Assembly: GCA_043826355.1 (NCBI GenBank)
Contig: JBDRQI010000030.1
Span: 32,001 to 96,000, forward strand
Reading direction: 5' to 3'
DNA length: 64,000 nucleotides
From: Candidatus Omnitrophota bacterium
GTDB lineage: Bacteria > Ratteibacteria > UBA8468 > MWAK01
The position numbers and the translations under genes were made by a program. The notes beneath the pieces are model-generated. The model was not told where the DNA came from, searched no databases, and was given only the letters and a program-made list of their open reading frames with translations. Every line of letters starts with the position of its first letter. Positions within the stretch are counted from its first letter, which is position 1. Positions 9,713 to 19,884 of the stretch are shown piece after piece.

Positions 9713-10201
9713 ATGAATAACTATAAAAAACCGGAGGAAATCAGAGACCGTTTTATCGGTGAAATCGGCCGCCTGGGCGAAAGCATCGGTCTTAACCGGA
9801 CAATCTGCCAAATGTATGCCCTGCTTTATCTGGAGGAAGGCCCGCTCTCATTGACGGAATTAAGCCGGATGTTGCACATCAGCAAGGGCAGTGCCAGCCT
9901 CAATATCCGGAAATTGGAGGAGTGGGGGGCGGTCAAGTCAATCTGGCGCAAAGGTTCCACCCAGAATTACTACCAGGGGAACCGCGATCTCTGGGATATC
10001 GCCAAGAGCCGAATAAACTCCGGACTCAAGAAACGGCTTGATTTAATTGACGAAGGCATCGCGGAATTGGACGAAGTGGTCAAGCCCAATGGAAAGATTT
10101 CGGCGGGGGAATTGAAAATGCGGAAAGCTTATTCCCGGCGTTTCGGTGAAATCAAGGATTTCTCCAGGAAGACCAGGCAATTACTGGATATTTTCCAATG
10201 A
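9713..10201 (+). CDS. GbsR/MarR-type winged-helix transcriptional regulator
   Basis: GLNRTICQMYALLYL, LSLTELS..L.ISKGSAS..IRKLEEWG. Confidence 0.85.
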   Translation: MNNYKKPEEIRDRFIGEIGRLGESIGLNRTICQMYALLYLEEGPLSLTELSRMLHISKGSASLNIRKLEEWGAVKSIWRKGSTQNYYQGNRDLWDIAKSRINSGLKKRLDLIDEGIAELDEVVKPNGKISAGELKMRKAYSRRFGEIKDFSRKTRQLLDIFQ

Positions 10202-10258
10202 CTTTTCCGCGGATTGTCGTCTCTTTTTCGGTAGATTTCTGTAATTGGGGGTAGGGTA

Positions 10259-11623
10259 ATGTTTGATGATAATGTACCGCTTGAACCTTTCTGGGTTGGT
10301 CGCCTGCCGCTTTTTTTGCAGAAAAAAATCAAAGGCCGATATAATCTCCAGAAAATAATTTCCAATATGAGCTGGTTATTTTTGGATAAAGTTCTGCGGA
10401 TGGGTGTTGGATTTGTAGTAGGTGTCTGGGTTGCAAGATACCTTGGACCGGAGCAGTTTGGAATAATAAATTACAGCGCTGCTTTTGTGGGAATTTTTGG
10501 TTCCATTGCTACTTTAGGACTTGATAATATAGTAATCAGAGAAATAGTCAGACAGCCCGACGAAAAGTATTCGCTTGTCGGTACGGCTTTTTTGCTTAAG
10601 CTTTTTGCTTCAGCGGTTTCTTTTTTGCTTTCCGTTCTCGCTATCCATTTTTTCAAGAGTGATAAACTGGTCAAAATTACGGTTGTAATCATTGCCGCCG
10701 GAATGATTTTTCAATCTTTTGATGTCATCAGATTTTGGTTTGAATCTCAGGTAAAATCCAAATATGTGGTTATCGCGCAAAATGCCGCTTTTTTAATCGC
10801 GGCGGTCATTAAAATAATTCTTTTGATTTCCAGGGCTTCATTAATGGCTTTTGTATGGACCATGCTGGCTGAGGTGTTGCTTGGTGCAATCGGGGTAATT
10901 TTTTATTACAAATTTACCGGTGAGCAATTTTTGAAGTGGAAATTCAGGGTGACCGTCGCAAAAGCACTGCTAAGGGATAGCTGGCCGCTCATGTTTTCGG
11001 GGCTGGCCATTTTTGTTTATATGAGGATTTCACAGGTCATGCTGGGGAGTCTTCTCAATGAGCGGGAGGTTGGTATCTATTCCTCCGTTCTTAGAATAAG
11101 CGAATTATGGTATTTTATCCCGACCATTGTGTTAATTTCGGTTTACCCAAAACTTATTAATCTTTATAATGAGAATGAAGATTTGTACGCAGAAAAACTC
11201 ATAAACATAATGCGGTTATTCTTCTGGTTTTCTCTGACGATTTCAATTTTCGTTCTTATCTTTTCCGAAACCATCATATCCATTCTGTACGGTAAAGAGT
11301 ATCTGGCGGCTGCTCCGGTCCTTTCCATACACATTTTTTCTGGTATAATAGTCAGTATGAGCATTATATTCAGCCATCGTTTTATACTTAAAAATCAACA
11401 GAAAATTTCTCTTTACGGAACCATTTTTGGATGTGTGGTCAGTATTGTCCTGAATTTTTTACTGATTCCCAGGTATGCTTCCAGCGGAGCCGCCGTCGCG
11501 GTACTTATTGCTTATATATCTCCGCTGATTTTTGTCAGCATATTCTTCGATAAAACCGTCGGTACTATTTTTTTGAAATCAGTATTTAACTTAAACCTAA
11601 ACCTAAACAGGAAGAACAATTAA
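10259..11623 (+). CDS. wzx: Polysaccharide flippase
   Basis: N..WL..DK..RM, ARYLGPEQFG, many TM helices, EVGIYS. Confidence 0.9.
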   Translation: MFDDNVPLEPFWVGRLPLFLQKKIKGRYNLQKIISNMSWLFLDKVLRMGVGFVVGVWVARYLGPEQFGIINYSAAFVGIFGSIATLGLDNIVIREIVRQPDEKYSLVGTAFLLKLFASAVSFLLSVLAIHFFKSDKLVKITVVIIAAGMIFQSFDVIRFWFESQVKSKYVVIAQNAAFLIAAVIKIILLISRASLMAFVWTMLAEVLLGAIGVIFYYKFTGEQFLKWKFRVTVAKALLRDSWPLMFSGLAIFVYMRISQVMLGSLLNEREVGIYSSVLRISELWYFIPTIVLISVYPKLINLYNENEDLYAEKLINIMRLFFWFSLTISIFVLIFSETIISILYGKEYLAAAPVLSIHIFSGIIVSMSIIFSHRFILKNQQKISLYGTIFGCVVSIVLNFLLIPRYASSGAAVAVLIAYISPLIFVSIFFDKTVGTIFLKSVFNLNLNLNRKNN

Positions 11624-12438
11624 TGCATCCGGAAACCTTTTTTAATCATAAAAATGAAATTATTTCCCGGCTTCAAAAATTGTGTTTCATGTTGGGGCTG
11701 AGCGGACTTAAAATTCCCGATTACAGAGTAGAGGTTTTGGAGATTTTGTGCGACGCAATCAATGATGTGTTGGAATATTACAAAATTGACAATAATGCTT
11801 TTTGGGAAAAATATTATAGTTGGGAAGAACGCGAAAAAGAACTTTTTGAAAATTCCAAAAACCTTGAGGAATTCTATAAAAGCTGGAACGGAATTTCTGC
11901 GGAATTGAATATTTGCGCCAATGTTGTCAATCAAATGATCTGGTGGGAAAATTATAATGTCATCTCCTATTTTTTCAAGAATTCAAAGCATATCATAGAT
12001 TACGGATGTGGCACCGCTGTTCTTACCGTCGGGTTGGCTTTAAAGAAAAAAATCTCCGGAACAATTCTATTGCTTGATGTTCCAAATGATGTTAATAAAT
12101 TTGTGAAATATAGACTCGATAAACATAAATTGACCAATATAAGTTTTATAAATGTTTTTGATTATAACCAGGAGAACATCGCAGACGGCGTTATATGCCT
12201 TGATGTTTTGGAACATTTACCGAATTCTTCCGATATTTTTATAAATAAAATTTCGCCGGTTTTAAAAAGAGGCGGAGTTCTTTTCATGAGGGCACCCTGG
12301 AGAGGCCAGCTGACTCATATCGGTGGGGCGGCAGATAATTTTTATCGGGCAGGTGGGAGAAAGTTTTTGGGTAGGAATTTCAGGGAATTGTACAGATTAA
12401 ACCCCCTGGATATTAATTGTGTGTACAGGAAAAAATAA
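11623..12438 (+). CDS. SAM-dependent methyltransferase
   Basis: IDYGCG, CLDVLEHL. Confidence 0.8.
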   Translation: MHPETFFNHKNEIISRLQKLCFMLGLSGLKIPDYRVEVLEILCDAINDVLEYYKIDNNAFWEKYYSWEEREKELFENSKNLEEFYKSWNGISAELNICANVVNQMIWWENYNVISYFFKNSKHIIDYGCGTAVLTVGLALKKKISGTILLLDVPNDVNKFVKYRLDKHKLTNISFINVFDYNQENIADGVICLDVLEHLPNSSDIFINKISPVLKRGGVLFMRAPWRGQLTHIGGAADNFYRAGGRKFLGRNFRELYRLNPLDINCVYRKK

Positions 12439-12555
12439 TATTATGCGTGTTTTAATTTGTCCCACAAATATTCTGTGGACTAATACGCCTGAAATACGAT
12501 TAGAACGGATGTGACATTCCTGGCCGGGTTTATCCATTTAAGCACGTTTAACATT

Positions 12556-13506
12556 ATGAAAATCGGTTTTTATATTTGCTGGAATAAAGGTTCGCTTGAA
12601 GGTTCGGGTAATGTTTTGGGCGACGAGCTTTTTGCCGAATCCATGTGCCGGTTTTTAGGGCGCATAAAGACCGTTAAAAACTGCAAGGTTTATGCTCCCA
12701 ACGATCTGCCTTCGGGAAAACTGGACCTGATGGTTTATTTGAATGATACTCCGCCTAATCCAGGCTGGGCTGGAAAGCATTTGCTTTATATTCAGAACGC
12801 GCGGCCGGAAGGAGCAGATAAATTTTTACGAGAGTTCCATAAGTTAGGTTACGACGGTTATGCTTTTGTTTCCAGCCGGCTCCTGGAAATACACAAAAAG
12901 ACGGGTCGTGACGGTATCTATCTACCCTTTGGAGTTGATACGGAATTCTTCTATCCCAGGCAGCAGGACCGTAGTTATGTTTTTGAGGTCGCCTATGTCG
13001 GCAATGACATCAAAGGAGAACAGCGGACGCTGCGTTATCTGTATCCGGCCGTGGATTTTAATTTTGGACTTTACGGAACCTGGAATTCATTCCGTCGGTT
13101 TCAATTCTGGAAAAACCGGCCGTACCAGGCGAAGTTTTTTAGAATTTCAAAAGGGAAAATTCCTCAGAATGATGTGCCTGTTTTGTATTCAAGCGCGAAA
13201 ATAAATTTAAACTGCACCGCCCAGGACTGTGTTGACTGGGATGTTATAACCCTGAGAACTTTGGAAGTTTTGGCCTGCGGGGGTTTTCTTATAACAGACA
13301 AGGTTCCGATGGCCGAGAAGGAACTCAGTGACTGCGTCGTGTTTACCGAAGGCGGCGCTGATTTAACTGAAAAGATAAAGTATTATCTCGCCAACGCGGT
13401 GGAGCGGAAGAGAGTGTCCGGCAACGGTTATGAGTATGTTCTTAAGCGCGCTTCTTTAAAAGTTCGCATGGATGCATTGTATCGGTATGTTGATTCGATA
13501 TTATGA
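12556..13506 (+). CDS. GT-B glycosyltransferase (CgeB-like C-terminal domain)
   Basis: LPFGVD..FFYP, YSSAKINLN, R.LEVLACGGFLITD; likely start ATG 12556. Confidence 0.8.
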   Translation: MKIGFYICWNKGSLEGSGNVLGDELFAESMCRFLGRIKTVKNCKVYAPNDLPSGKLDLMVYLNDTPPNPGWAGKHLLYIQNARPEGADKFLREFHKLGYDGYAFVSSRLLEIHKKTGRDGIYLPFGVDTEFFYPRQQDRSYVFEVAYVGNDIKGEQRTLRYLYPAVDFNFGLYGTWNSFRRFQFWKNRPYQAKFFRISKGKIPQNDVPVLYSSAKINLNCTAQDCVDWDVITLRTLEVLACGGFLITDKVPMAEKELSDCVVFTEGGADLTEKIKYYLANAVERKRVSGNGYEYVLKRASLKVRMDALYRYVDSIL

Positions 13507-14864
13507 AAATATTATTTGTTAATCCGCCGGTTATCAGGTCGGCCAACTCCAAACCGGAAAATAATTTTAAAGTTGACGGTTTGGTGGTCAGCGGATTTTT
13601 GGGTAAGATACGCGGTCTAACCAGAATTATTCGCTTGGCAAACCGCATAGCCGGCAAAGAGATTAGGTATGGTGTAAGGGCCGGTTCGAGATGGCCGTGG
13701 ACAATGTCTTCCCCGCACGGGGGTCCACCCTACCCCTTTTTTATGGGATATTCGGCGGCGTTACTACAGGCGAATGGTTTTGAAACGGATATTTTTGATG
13801 CGGTTGTCAACAAAGAGTATAATTACCAACGCTTTTTGGAAAAAGTTGTAAATGCAAAATCCGATATTGCCGTTATCGAATGCTCTACACCTACCATTGA
13901 TATTGATTTGTGGTTTGCTGAAAAATTAGCAAATTTTACCGAAGTGGCTTTAGCCGGTCACCACCTTGTTCAAGAAGCCGAAAATCTACAGCGGAAAAAT
14001 CCGTGCATACGATACCTTCTCAAGGGAGAATATATATTGAGTTCATTAAAAATGGCCAAAACAAAGAGAAAAGGAATATACGAACCCGAAGTGGTTAAAG
14101 AAATAGATGCCATTCCTTTTCCATTCAGAAATTTTAGAGGGGGGGAATGCTATTATGACCCAACTATGCCCACCAAAAGGCCGCAACTGCAAATATACGG
14201 CAGCAAAGGTTGTCCTTTCAAGTGTACATTTTGCGCCTGGCCGCAAACGATGTATTTTGGTAATGTTTCACTGAGAGACCCAAAAAAGATTTCAGAAGAG
14301 ATTAAGGAAGCAGTGAAACTACACGGATACAAAAGCATCTTTTTCGATGATGACACATTTAATCTTGGCACAGATAGGATTGCTACACTGTGCGATTGTC
14401 TTAAGAAGATTGGTTTACCATGGACGATGATGGGCAGACTTGATTGTTCTCCTGTTTGGCTTTATGATAAGATGGTTGTCAGCGGGTGTGTGGGTATGCG
14501 TTTTGGCATCGAAACATTTGATCTGGAAATATTAAAGAAAGTTAAAAAGGGCATAGAAAAAAAAGATTTTTTGGCAATATTGAAGAATATCACGGCCAAG
14601 TTTCCACACGTAATGATTCATTTGACCATGATGAAAGATATGCCTGGCATGACGGACGAGATGCATAACCACGATATGAAAATCCTGAAAGAACTCGGTT
14701 ACGCTACGAATAACATAATGCGAAGCTATCAACTTTCACAATGCGTACCATTTCCCGGAACTGAAATGTACCGGGAATTGGCTGGAAAATATGGTGCAGA
14801 AACATTAAATGAGTATCGTTTGTATGATGGTGGGCAAGAAACAGTTATGAAAAATATAAAATAA
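13503..14864 (+). CDS. B12-binding-domain radical SAM protein
   Basis: MKILFVNPP..RAGSRWP N-terminal domain, CPFKCTFC, FDDDTF, PFPGT. Confidence 0.85.
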   Translation: MKILFVNPPVIRSANSKPENNFKVDGLVVSGFLGKIRGLTRIIRLANRIAGKEIRYGVRAGSRWPWTMSSPHGGPPYPFFMGYSAALLQANGFETDIFDAVVNKEYNYQRFLEKVVNAKSDIAVIECSTPTIDIDLWFAEKLANFTEVALAGHHLVQEAENLQRKNPCIRYLLKGEYILSSLKMAKTKRKGIYEPEVVKEIDAIPFPFRNFRGGECYYDPTMPTKRPQLQIYGSKGCPFKCTFCAWPQTMYFGNVSLRDPKKISEEIKEAVKLHGYKSIFFDDDTFNLGTDRIATLCDCLKKIGLPWTMMGRLDCSPVWLYDKMVVSGCVGMRFGIETFDLEILKKVKKGIEKKDFLAILKNITAKFPHVMIHLTMMKDMPGMTDEMHNHDMKILKELGYATNNIMRSYQLSQCVPFPGTEMYRELAGKYGAETLNEYRLYDGGQETVMKNIK

Positions 14865-15709
14865 TGAAAGTAGCAATCATTGGCGCGTCGGGCTTTATCG
14901 GCGGTTATCTGTTTAACTTTTTTGAAAAAGAACGGTTTGATACGGTGGGTACATATTTCAGACATTATAATAACTCAAAATATATCCATTTGGATGCAAC
15001 CAATTTTGATACCGTAAGCGATTTTGTTTTTTCTGAAAAACCTGATTTTTTGATTCTGACCGCCGCCAATAAAAACGTTCAAGATTGTGAAGTAAACCAC
15101 GAACAGGCGTATCAAATTAACGTGAAACCTATTGAAAATATAGTTAAATGCTTAAGTCGCAGTGATACTTTGACTAAATCGATATTTTTTTCATCGGACT
15201 ATGTTTTTGATGGTGAGCGGGGAAATTATCATGACAATGATATACCAAACCCTACCACGAACTACGGAAAGACAAAATTAATTGCAGAGAAAATTTTGCT
15301 AACGTCAAGTTTAGATTTTAAAATAGTCAGAACCTCTGCGGTTATTGGCAGCGGAAGTCAGTTTTACGATTGGCTGTTGAACGAACTTCAATCTAAACCC
15401 GGAATAAATGCCTTTTCTAATGTATTTTTTACACCAACTCCAATCGACGTGCTTTTAAACGGTATTTTATGTTTAATGAATAATTGGGCAAAAATAGGGC
15501 AAAAGACACTTCATATAGTTGGTAACCGAAAAATGAGCAGATATGAATTCTGTTTGGGCGTAAAAAATTTGTCAAAAAAATATTTGGCCAAAATTATTGC
15601 AGAAGAAGTAGATTTTTCAAAAGTCACTTTAAAAAAGGATTTGTCACTCATTTGTTCGGATGCTTTTTCGCAAAATAACTGCAGGATAATTTTTGATTAT
15701 TTGGAATAA
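14864..15709 (+). CDS. RmlD-like NDP-4-keto-sugar reductase
   Basis: GASGFIG, SSDYVFDG, YGKTK. Confidence 0.85.
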   Translation: MKVAIIGASGFIGGYLFNFFEKERFDTVGTYFRHYNNSKYIHLDATNFDTVSDFVFSEKPDFLILTAANKNVQDCEVNHEQAYQINVKPIENIVKCLSRSDTLTKSIFFSSDYVFDGERGNYHDNDIPNPTTNYGKTKLIAEKILLTSSLDFKIVRTSAVIGSGSQFYDWLLNELQSKPGINAFSNVFFTPTPIDVLLNGILCLMNNWAKIGQKTLHIVGNRKMSRYEFCLGVKNLSKKYLAKIIAEEVDFSKVTLKKDLSLICSDAFSQNNCRIIFDYLE

Positions 15710-15720
15710 AGGAGATTACT

Positions 15721-16104
15721 TTGCTCACGTTTATCAAAAGATATTTTTTGCATAAGGATGATAAGGGAAGCCTGGAGGGGCTTGTAAATTTTGGAAACTG
15801 GCGAGAATTTAACATGATATACTCAGAAGAAGGGAGTATCAGGGGAAATCACTTTCATAAAGACACGGCAGAGTTGTTTATAATTTTGGGAGGCGAAATT
15901 GAAGTACGGGTTCAAAGGGTGGCAGGCGGGCTATTGGTTGGAGAATCTCAAAAGTTTCTTGTTCAAAAAGGGGATGTGTTTATGATTGAGGCAGAAATAA
16001 ATCATGTTTTTAAAGTAAAAAAACAGAGCAACTGGATAAATGTGCTTTCTAAAGCAATTAATAAAAACAATCCAGACATTCACAGAGCCAATATATTGAA
16101 ATGA
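15721..16104 (+). CDS. Cupin (RmlC/FdtA-like sugar epimerase/isomerase)
   Basis: DDKGSL, IRGNHFH...E. Confidence 0.8.
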   Translation: MLTFIKRYFLHKDDKGSLEGLVNFGNWREFNMIYSEEGSIRGNHFHKDTAELFIILGGEIEVRVQRVAGGLLVGESQKFLVQKGDVFMIEAEINHVFKVKKQSNWINVLSKAINKNNPDIHRANILK

Positions 16105-16135
16105 TGCGCAATACCCAACGCTCCCAAGCCTTCAA

Positions 16136-17068
16136 ATGACTGAAAACATATTTGTTTCAAACCATTCGCTTAAAACAGCGGTGTTATTTCTGGTATTTAA
16201 CCGACCTGATGCAACAAGGCTGGTCTTTGCCGAAATAAGAAAAGCCCGGCCTGAAAAACTATATATTGCTGCGGATGGCCCCAGAAAAGACAGGGCAGGG
16301 GAATTCGAAAATTGCCGGGCGGCAAGAGAAGTTGTCGGCCAAATTGACTGGGAATGCGAAGTGCACACTCTTTTCCGGGAAGAAAATCTTGGTTGCAGGA
16401 TGGCCGTGAGTTCCGCAATCGACTGGTTCTTTCAAGATGTGGAGGAGGGCATAATTTTAGAGGATGACTGCCTGCCTAACCAATCTTTTTTCTTGTTTTG
16501 CCGGGAATTGCTGGTAAAATACCGGAATGATACCCGAATAATGCATATTGGCGGGGTCAATTTTCAATTCGGGTGCGTTAGGGGTGATGGTAGTTACTAT
16601 TTTTCCGGATATAGTCATATTTGGGGATGGGCAACCTGGAGGCGGGCCTGGGTTTATTACGACGTAAAGATGAAAATGTGGCCCAGGTTTCGGGAACAGA
16701 ACCAAATTGCCAATTTATTGAAAGACAGGTCAACCCAGCGATACTGGCTGAAATATTTCCAGGCAGCCTACGAAGGTAAAATAGATACCTGGGATTATCA
16801 GTGGATGCTCGCTGTCTGGAGTCAAAACGGTCTCACTATTCTGCCCAGCGTAAACCTTGTTTCCAATATAGGATTTGGAAAAGGCGCAGCACACGCTACT
16901 AATAAAAACGATAGGTTTGCCAATATGGAAACCGGTAATATATCTGAAATTATTCATCCTTCTTTCGTCATCACGAACAAAGAAGCCGACATGTTTACTT
17001 TCAAGACGCACTTTCAACGCACTCTTTTTGCCAGGGTGAAGAATAAAATGAAAAATATCTGCAGATGA
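16136..17068 (+). CDS. GT-A nucleotide-diphospho-sugar transferase
   Basis: FNRP, AADGPR, NLGC, ILEDD, WGWATWRRAW, WDYQW. Confidence 0.85.
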   Translation: MTENIFVSNHSLKTAVLFLVFNRPDATRLVFAEIRKARPEKLYIAADGPRKDRAGEFENCRAAREVVGQIDWECEVHTLFREENLGCRMAVSSAIDWFFQDVEEGIILEDDCLPNQSFFLFCRELLVKYRNDTRIMHIGGVNFQFGCVRGDGSYYFSGYSHIWGWATWRRAWVYYDVKMKMWPRFREQNQIANLLKDRSTQRYWLKYFQAAYEGKIDTWDYQWMLAVWSQNGLTILPSVNLVSNIGFGKGAAHATNKNDRFANMETGNISEIIHPSFVITNKEADMFTFKTHFQRTLFARVKNKMKNICR

Positions 17069-17844
17069 ATTGTGAAATTTGCGGTTCAAAGACGGGTGTA
17101 ATTTTTAAGGCCAGAATTTTAAATAAATACCTCATAGACTGTTATTTTTGTGAAAAGTGCCGGTTTTTACGAACCGAAAAGCCTTTCTGGCTGAATGAAT
17201 CTTACCTGGAATCAATAAACATTTATGATACCGGTGTTCTGGAAAGGAATATTGCTTTGTCAAAAATAACCGCCGCAATTTTATTTTTTTTATTTGATAA
17301 AAATGCAAAATATCTTGATTTTGGCGGAGGATATGGAATATTAACCAGGTTGATGAGAGATACCGGGTTTGATTTTTACTGGCAGGATCCTTATACCCGG
17401 AATTTAACGGCAAAAGGATTTGAATATAATGAAAGTGTTAAAAATATCAGAGGCATAACTTGTTTTGAGACGTTCGAACATTTTACCGGGCCCATAAAAG
17501 AATTAGAAAGTATGTTGCGAATATCAAAAAATATTCTGTTTTCAACCGAACTTCTGCCCGGTATCATTCCGCCAATTAACCGGTGGCCGTATTATGGATT
17601 TGAACACGGACAGCACGTATCTTTTTATTCGTTTAAATCATTGGAATGCATTGCCAAAAAATACGGGCTAAACCTGTATTCGACCGGAAGTATCCATTTG
17701 TTTACCGAGCAGCGTTTTAATCCGCCGGTATTTAAAATGATTGTAAAATTGGCCGGCCGCGGCCTGTCTGTTTTTGTAAAAAAAATGATGAAAAGTAAAA
17801 CTTCCAGTGACCGGCGGGATTTGATAATAAAAAACAAAAGATAG
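17065..17844 (+). CDS. SAM-dependent methyltransferase with N-terminal Zn-ribbon
   Basis: CEIC...CEKC, LDFGGGYG, FE.FEH. Confidence 0.8.
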   Translation: MNCEICGSKTGVIFKARILNKYLIDCYFCEKCRFLRTEKPFWLNESYLESINIYDTGVLERNIALSKITAAILFFLFDKNAKYLDFGGGYGILTRLMRDTGFDFYWQDPYTRNLTAKGFEYNESVKNIRGITCFETFEHFTGPIKELESMLRISKNILFSTELLPGIIPPINRWPYYGFEHGQHVSFYSFKSLECIAKKYGLNLYSTGSIHLFTEQRFNPPVFKMIVKLAGRGLSVFVKKMMKSKTSSDRRDLIIKNKR

Positions 17845-17970
17845 CCTGACAATTGTTTGTACCAGCGCCGAAGTATTGTTCCGATTAAAAAATCCTGAAG
17901 GAAACCGGCCGGCAACCGGAAATCTCTCTGGAACAAAGCCTTAACGATATTCTCCGTTGCGGCGGGAAGA

Positions 17971-19110
17971 ATGAAAATTCTGTATGATTTTCAAGCGTTT
18001 TCCATACAAAGGTTTGGCGGCGTCTCCCGTTATTTCTGTGAATTGATAAACCATTTTGGAGACGACCCGGACCTGGTGTGGGAATTGCCGATTAGGTGGA
18101 GTGATAACGAATACCTGTGTAATTTAAAGAAATCGGATGGAGGCGCTGAAGGTGTCACCGGTTCCTGCCGGGGTTTTTTGAAAAGGTTAAATTTTCGGGG
18201 TAAGCGGCGGATGTACCAATTGAAAAACAGGCCATGGGCGATAGAGCGGATTCGGACGAGTGAGTACGATATTTTTCACCCGACATTTTATGACGATTAT
18301 TTTCTGAAATATCTTTTTACTAAACCGTTTGTCCTGACTATCCATGATATGATTCATGAGATTTACCCTGATTTTTTTTCGCCGGCCGACCCTACTTCAA
18401 ATCGCAAGAAAATATTGGTCCAAAAAGCAACCCGGATCATCGCAATTTCTAAAACGACCAAGAAAGACCTGATTGATGTTTTCAAGGTACCCGAAGACAA
18501 GATAACCGTTATCTACCACGGAAATTCCCTGGCCGCTGACGTAAAACCAGTCGATTTCCAGCCAATAAAAAATTTGCCCATTCCGTATCTTCTTTTCGTT
18601 GGCGCCCGTGTGGGATACAAAAATTTTTACTTTTTTCTCCGCTCGATAGCTGCCTTATTGCTGGCAAATCCGGAACTACGGGTAGTTTGTGCCGGCAGTG
18701 TTTTTACGGCTGAAGAAAATCGGTTTTTTAAAAGCCTGGGCCTAACCGGTAGAATTCGACAATATGCGGTTGATGATGCCTGTCTGACTTATCTCTATCA
18801 GAATGCAAGGGCTTTTGTTTTCCCTTCTCTTTACGAAGGGTTCGGTTTTCCGGTGCTTGAGGCTTTCAGCTGTGGCTGTCCGGCAATTCTGAGTATGGCC
18901 GGTTCTTTGCCGGAAATCGGCGGTGATGCGGCTATTTATTTTGACCCGAAAGATGGTTACGCCATCCGGGAAGCAGTCTCCCGCGTAATTGGCGACGAAG
19001 ACATCCGAAAGGAATTAATCCGGAAAGGAAAGACCCGGGCTAATGATTTTTCCTGGGAGAAGACCGCCCGGATGACCAAACAGGTATACGCAGAGGTTTT
19101 GGCTTGTTGA
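17971..19110 (+). CDS. Glycosyltransferase family 4
   Basis: GGVSRY, PSLYEGFGFPVLEA. Confidence 0.92.
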   Translation: MKILYDFQAFSIQRFGGVSRYFCELINHFGDDPDLVWELPIRWSDNEYLCNLKKSDGGAEGVTGSCRGFLKRLNFRGKRRMYQLKNRPWAIERIRTSEYDIFHPTFYDDYFLKYLFTKPFVLTIHDMIHEIYPDFFSPADPTSNRKKILVQKATRIIAISKTTKKDLIDVFKVPEDKITVIYHGNSLAADVKPVDFQPIKNLPIPYLLFVGARVGYKNFYFFLRSIAALLLANPELRVVCAGSVFTAEENRFFKSLGLTGRIRQYAVDDACLTYLYQNARAFVFPSLYEGFGFPVLEAFSCGCPAILSMAGSLPEIGGDAAIYFDPKDGYAIREAVSRVIGDEDIRKELIRKGKTRANDFSWEKTARMTKQVYAEVLAC

Positions 19111-19167
19111 AACCCCAAAAGGAACATTCAGGGCAATTATCGCAGCAGTAACACAGGAGAAGGTTCA

Positions 19168-19884
19168 ATGAAGTCTTTTATCAGGCGTTTAATTCGGTTT
19201 TTCGGATTCGAGCTTCGGCGTTATAATCCCGTTTCTTCAGAATCCTGCCGGCTGATGAGGATGCTTTCGGCGCACAAGGTAAATTTGGTATTGGATGTGG
19301 GCGCTAATACCGGTCAATTCGGCCGGTTTTTGCGTGATGCCGGTTATGGTGGTCGCATCGTTTCTTTTGAACCGCTTTGCGCCGCGTGGGAACAATTGTC
19401 GGAAGCCGCTCGAAAAGACTCCCGGTGGGAGGTCGCCCCCCGTGCCGCAATTGGCAGCGAAAACGGCGAAATTGAAATTCATGTAGCCGGCAACAAGGAG
19501 AGCAGTTCGGTGCTGAAGATGCTTGATTCTCACGCAAATAACGCACCGGAATCGCGTTATGTCGGAAGCGAACGGGTATCGTTGCGTCGGCTGGATTCGC
19601 TTGCGCCGGATTACCTCAGTCCGGATTCGGTGGTCTTCCTGAAGATAGATGCTCAGGGTTATGAGGACCGCATACTGCAGGGTGCAACCGGATTACTGGG
19701 CCGGATTGCCGGAATGCAGCTTGAGTTGTCCCTGGTCCAGTTGTATGAGGGGCAGCGGTTGTTTGATGACCTGCTGGCTGAGGTTAAAGAACGGGGGTTT
19801 AATTTATGGTCAATTCGGCCGGTTTTTATTGAGCAGAACAGCGGTCGTTTGCTTCAGGTTGATGCGACTTTGTTCCGTCGTTGA
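19168..19884 (+). CDS. FkbM-family methyltransferase
   Basis: DVGANTGQ, SFEP, LKIDAQGYE. Confidence 0.9.
   Translation: MKSFIRRLIRFFGFELRRYNPVSSESCRLMRMLSAHKVNLVLDVGANTGQFGRFLRDAGYGGRIVSFEPLCAAWEQLSEAARKDSRWEVAPRAAIGSENGEIEIHVAGNKESSSVLKMLDSHANNAPESRYVGSERVSLRRLDSLAPDYLSPDSVVFLKIDAQGYEDRILQGATGLLGRIAGMQLELSLVQLYEGQRLFDDLLAEVKERGFNLWSIRPVFIEQNSGRLLQVDATLFRR

Noticed and set aside
12443..12514. 23-aa ORF MRVLICPTNILW..., possible glycosyltransferase N-terminal remnant
   Set aside because: Too short, no SD, no supporting motif.
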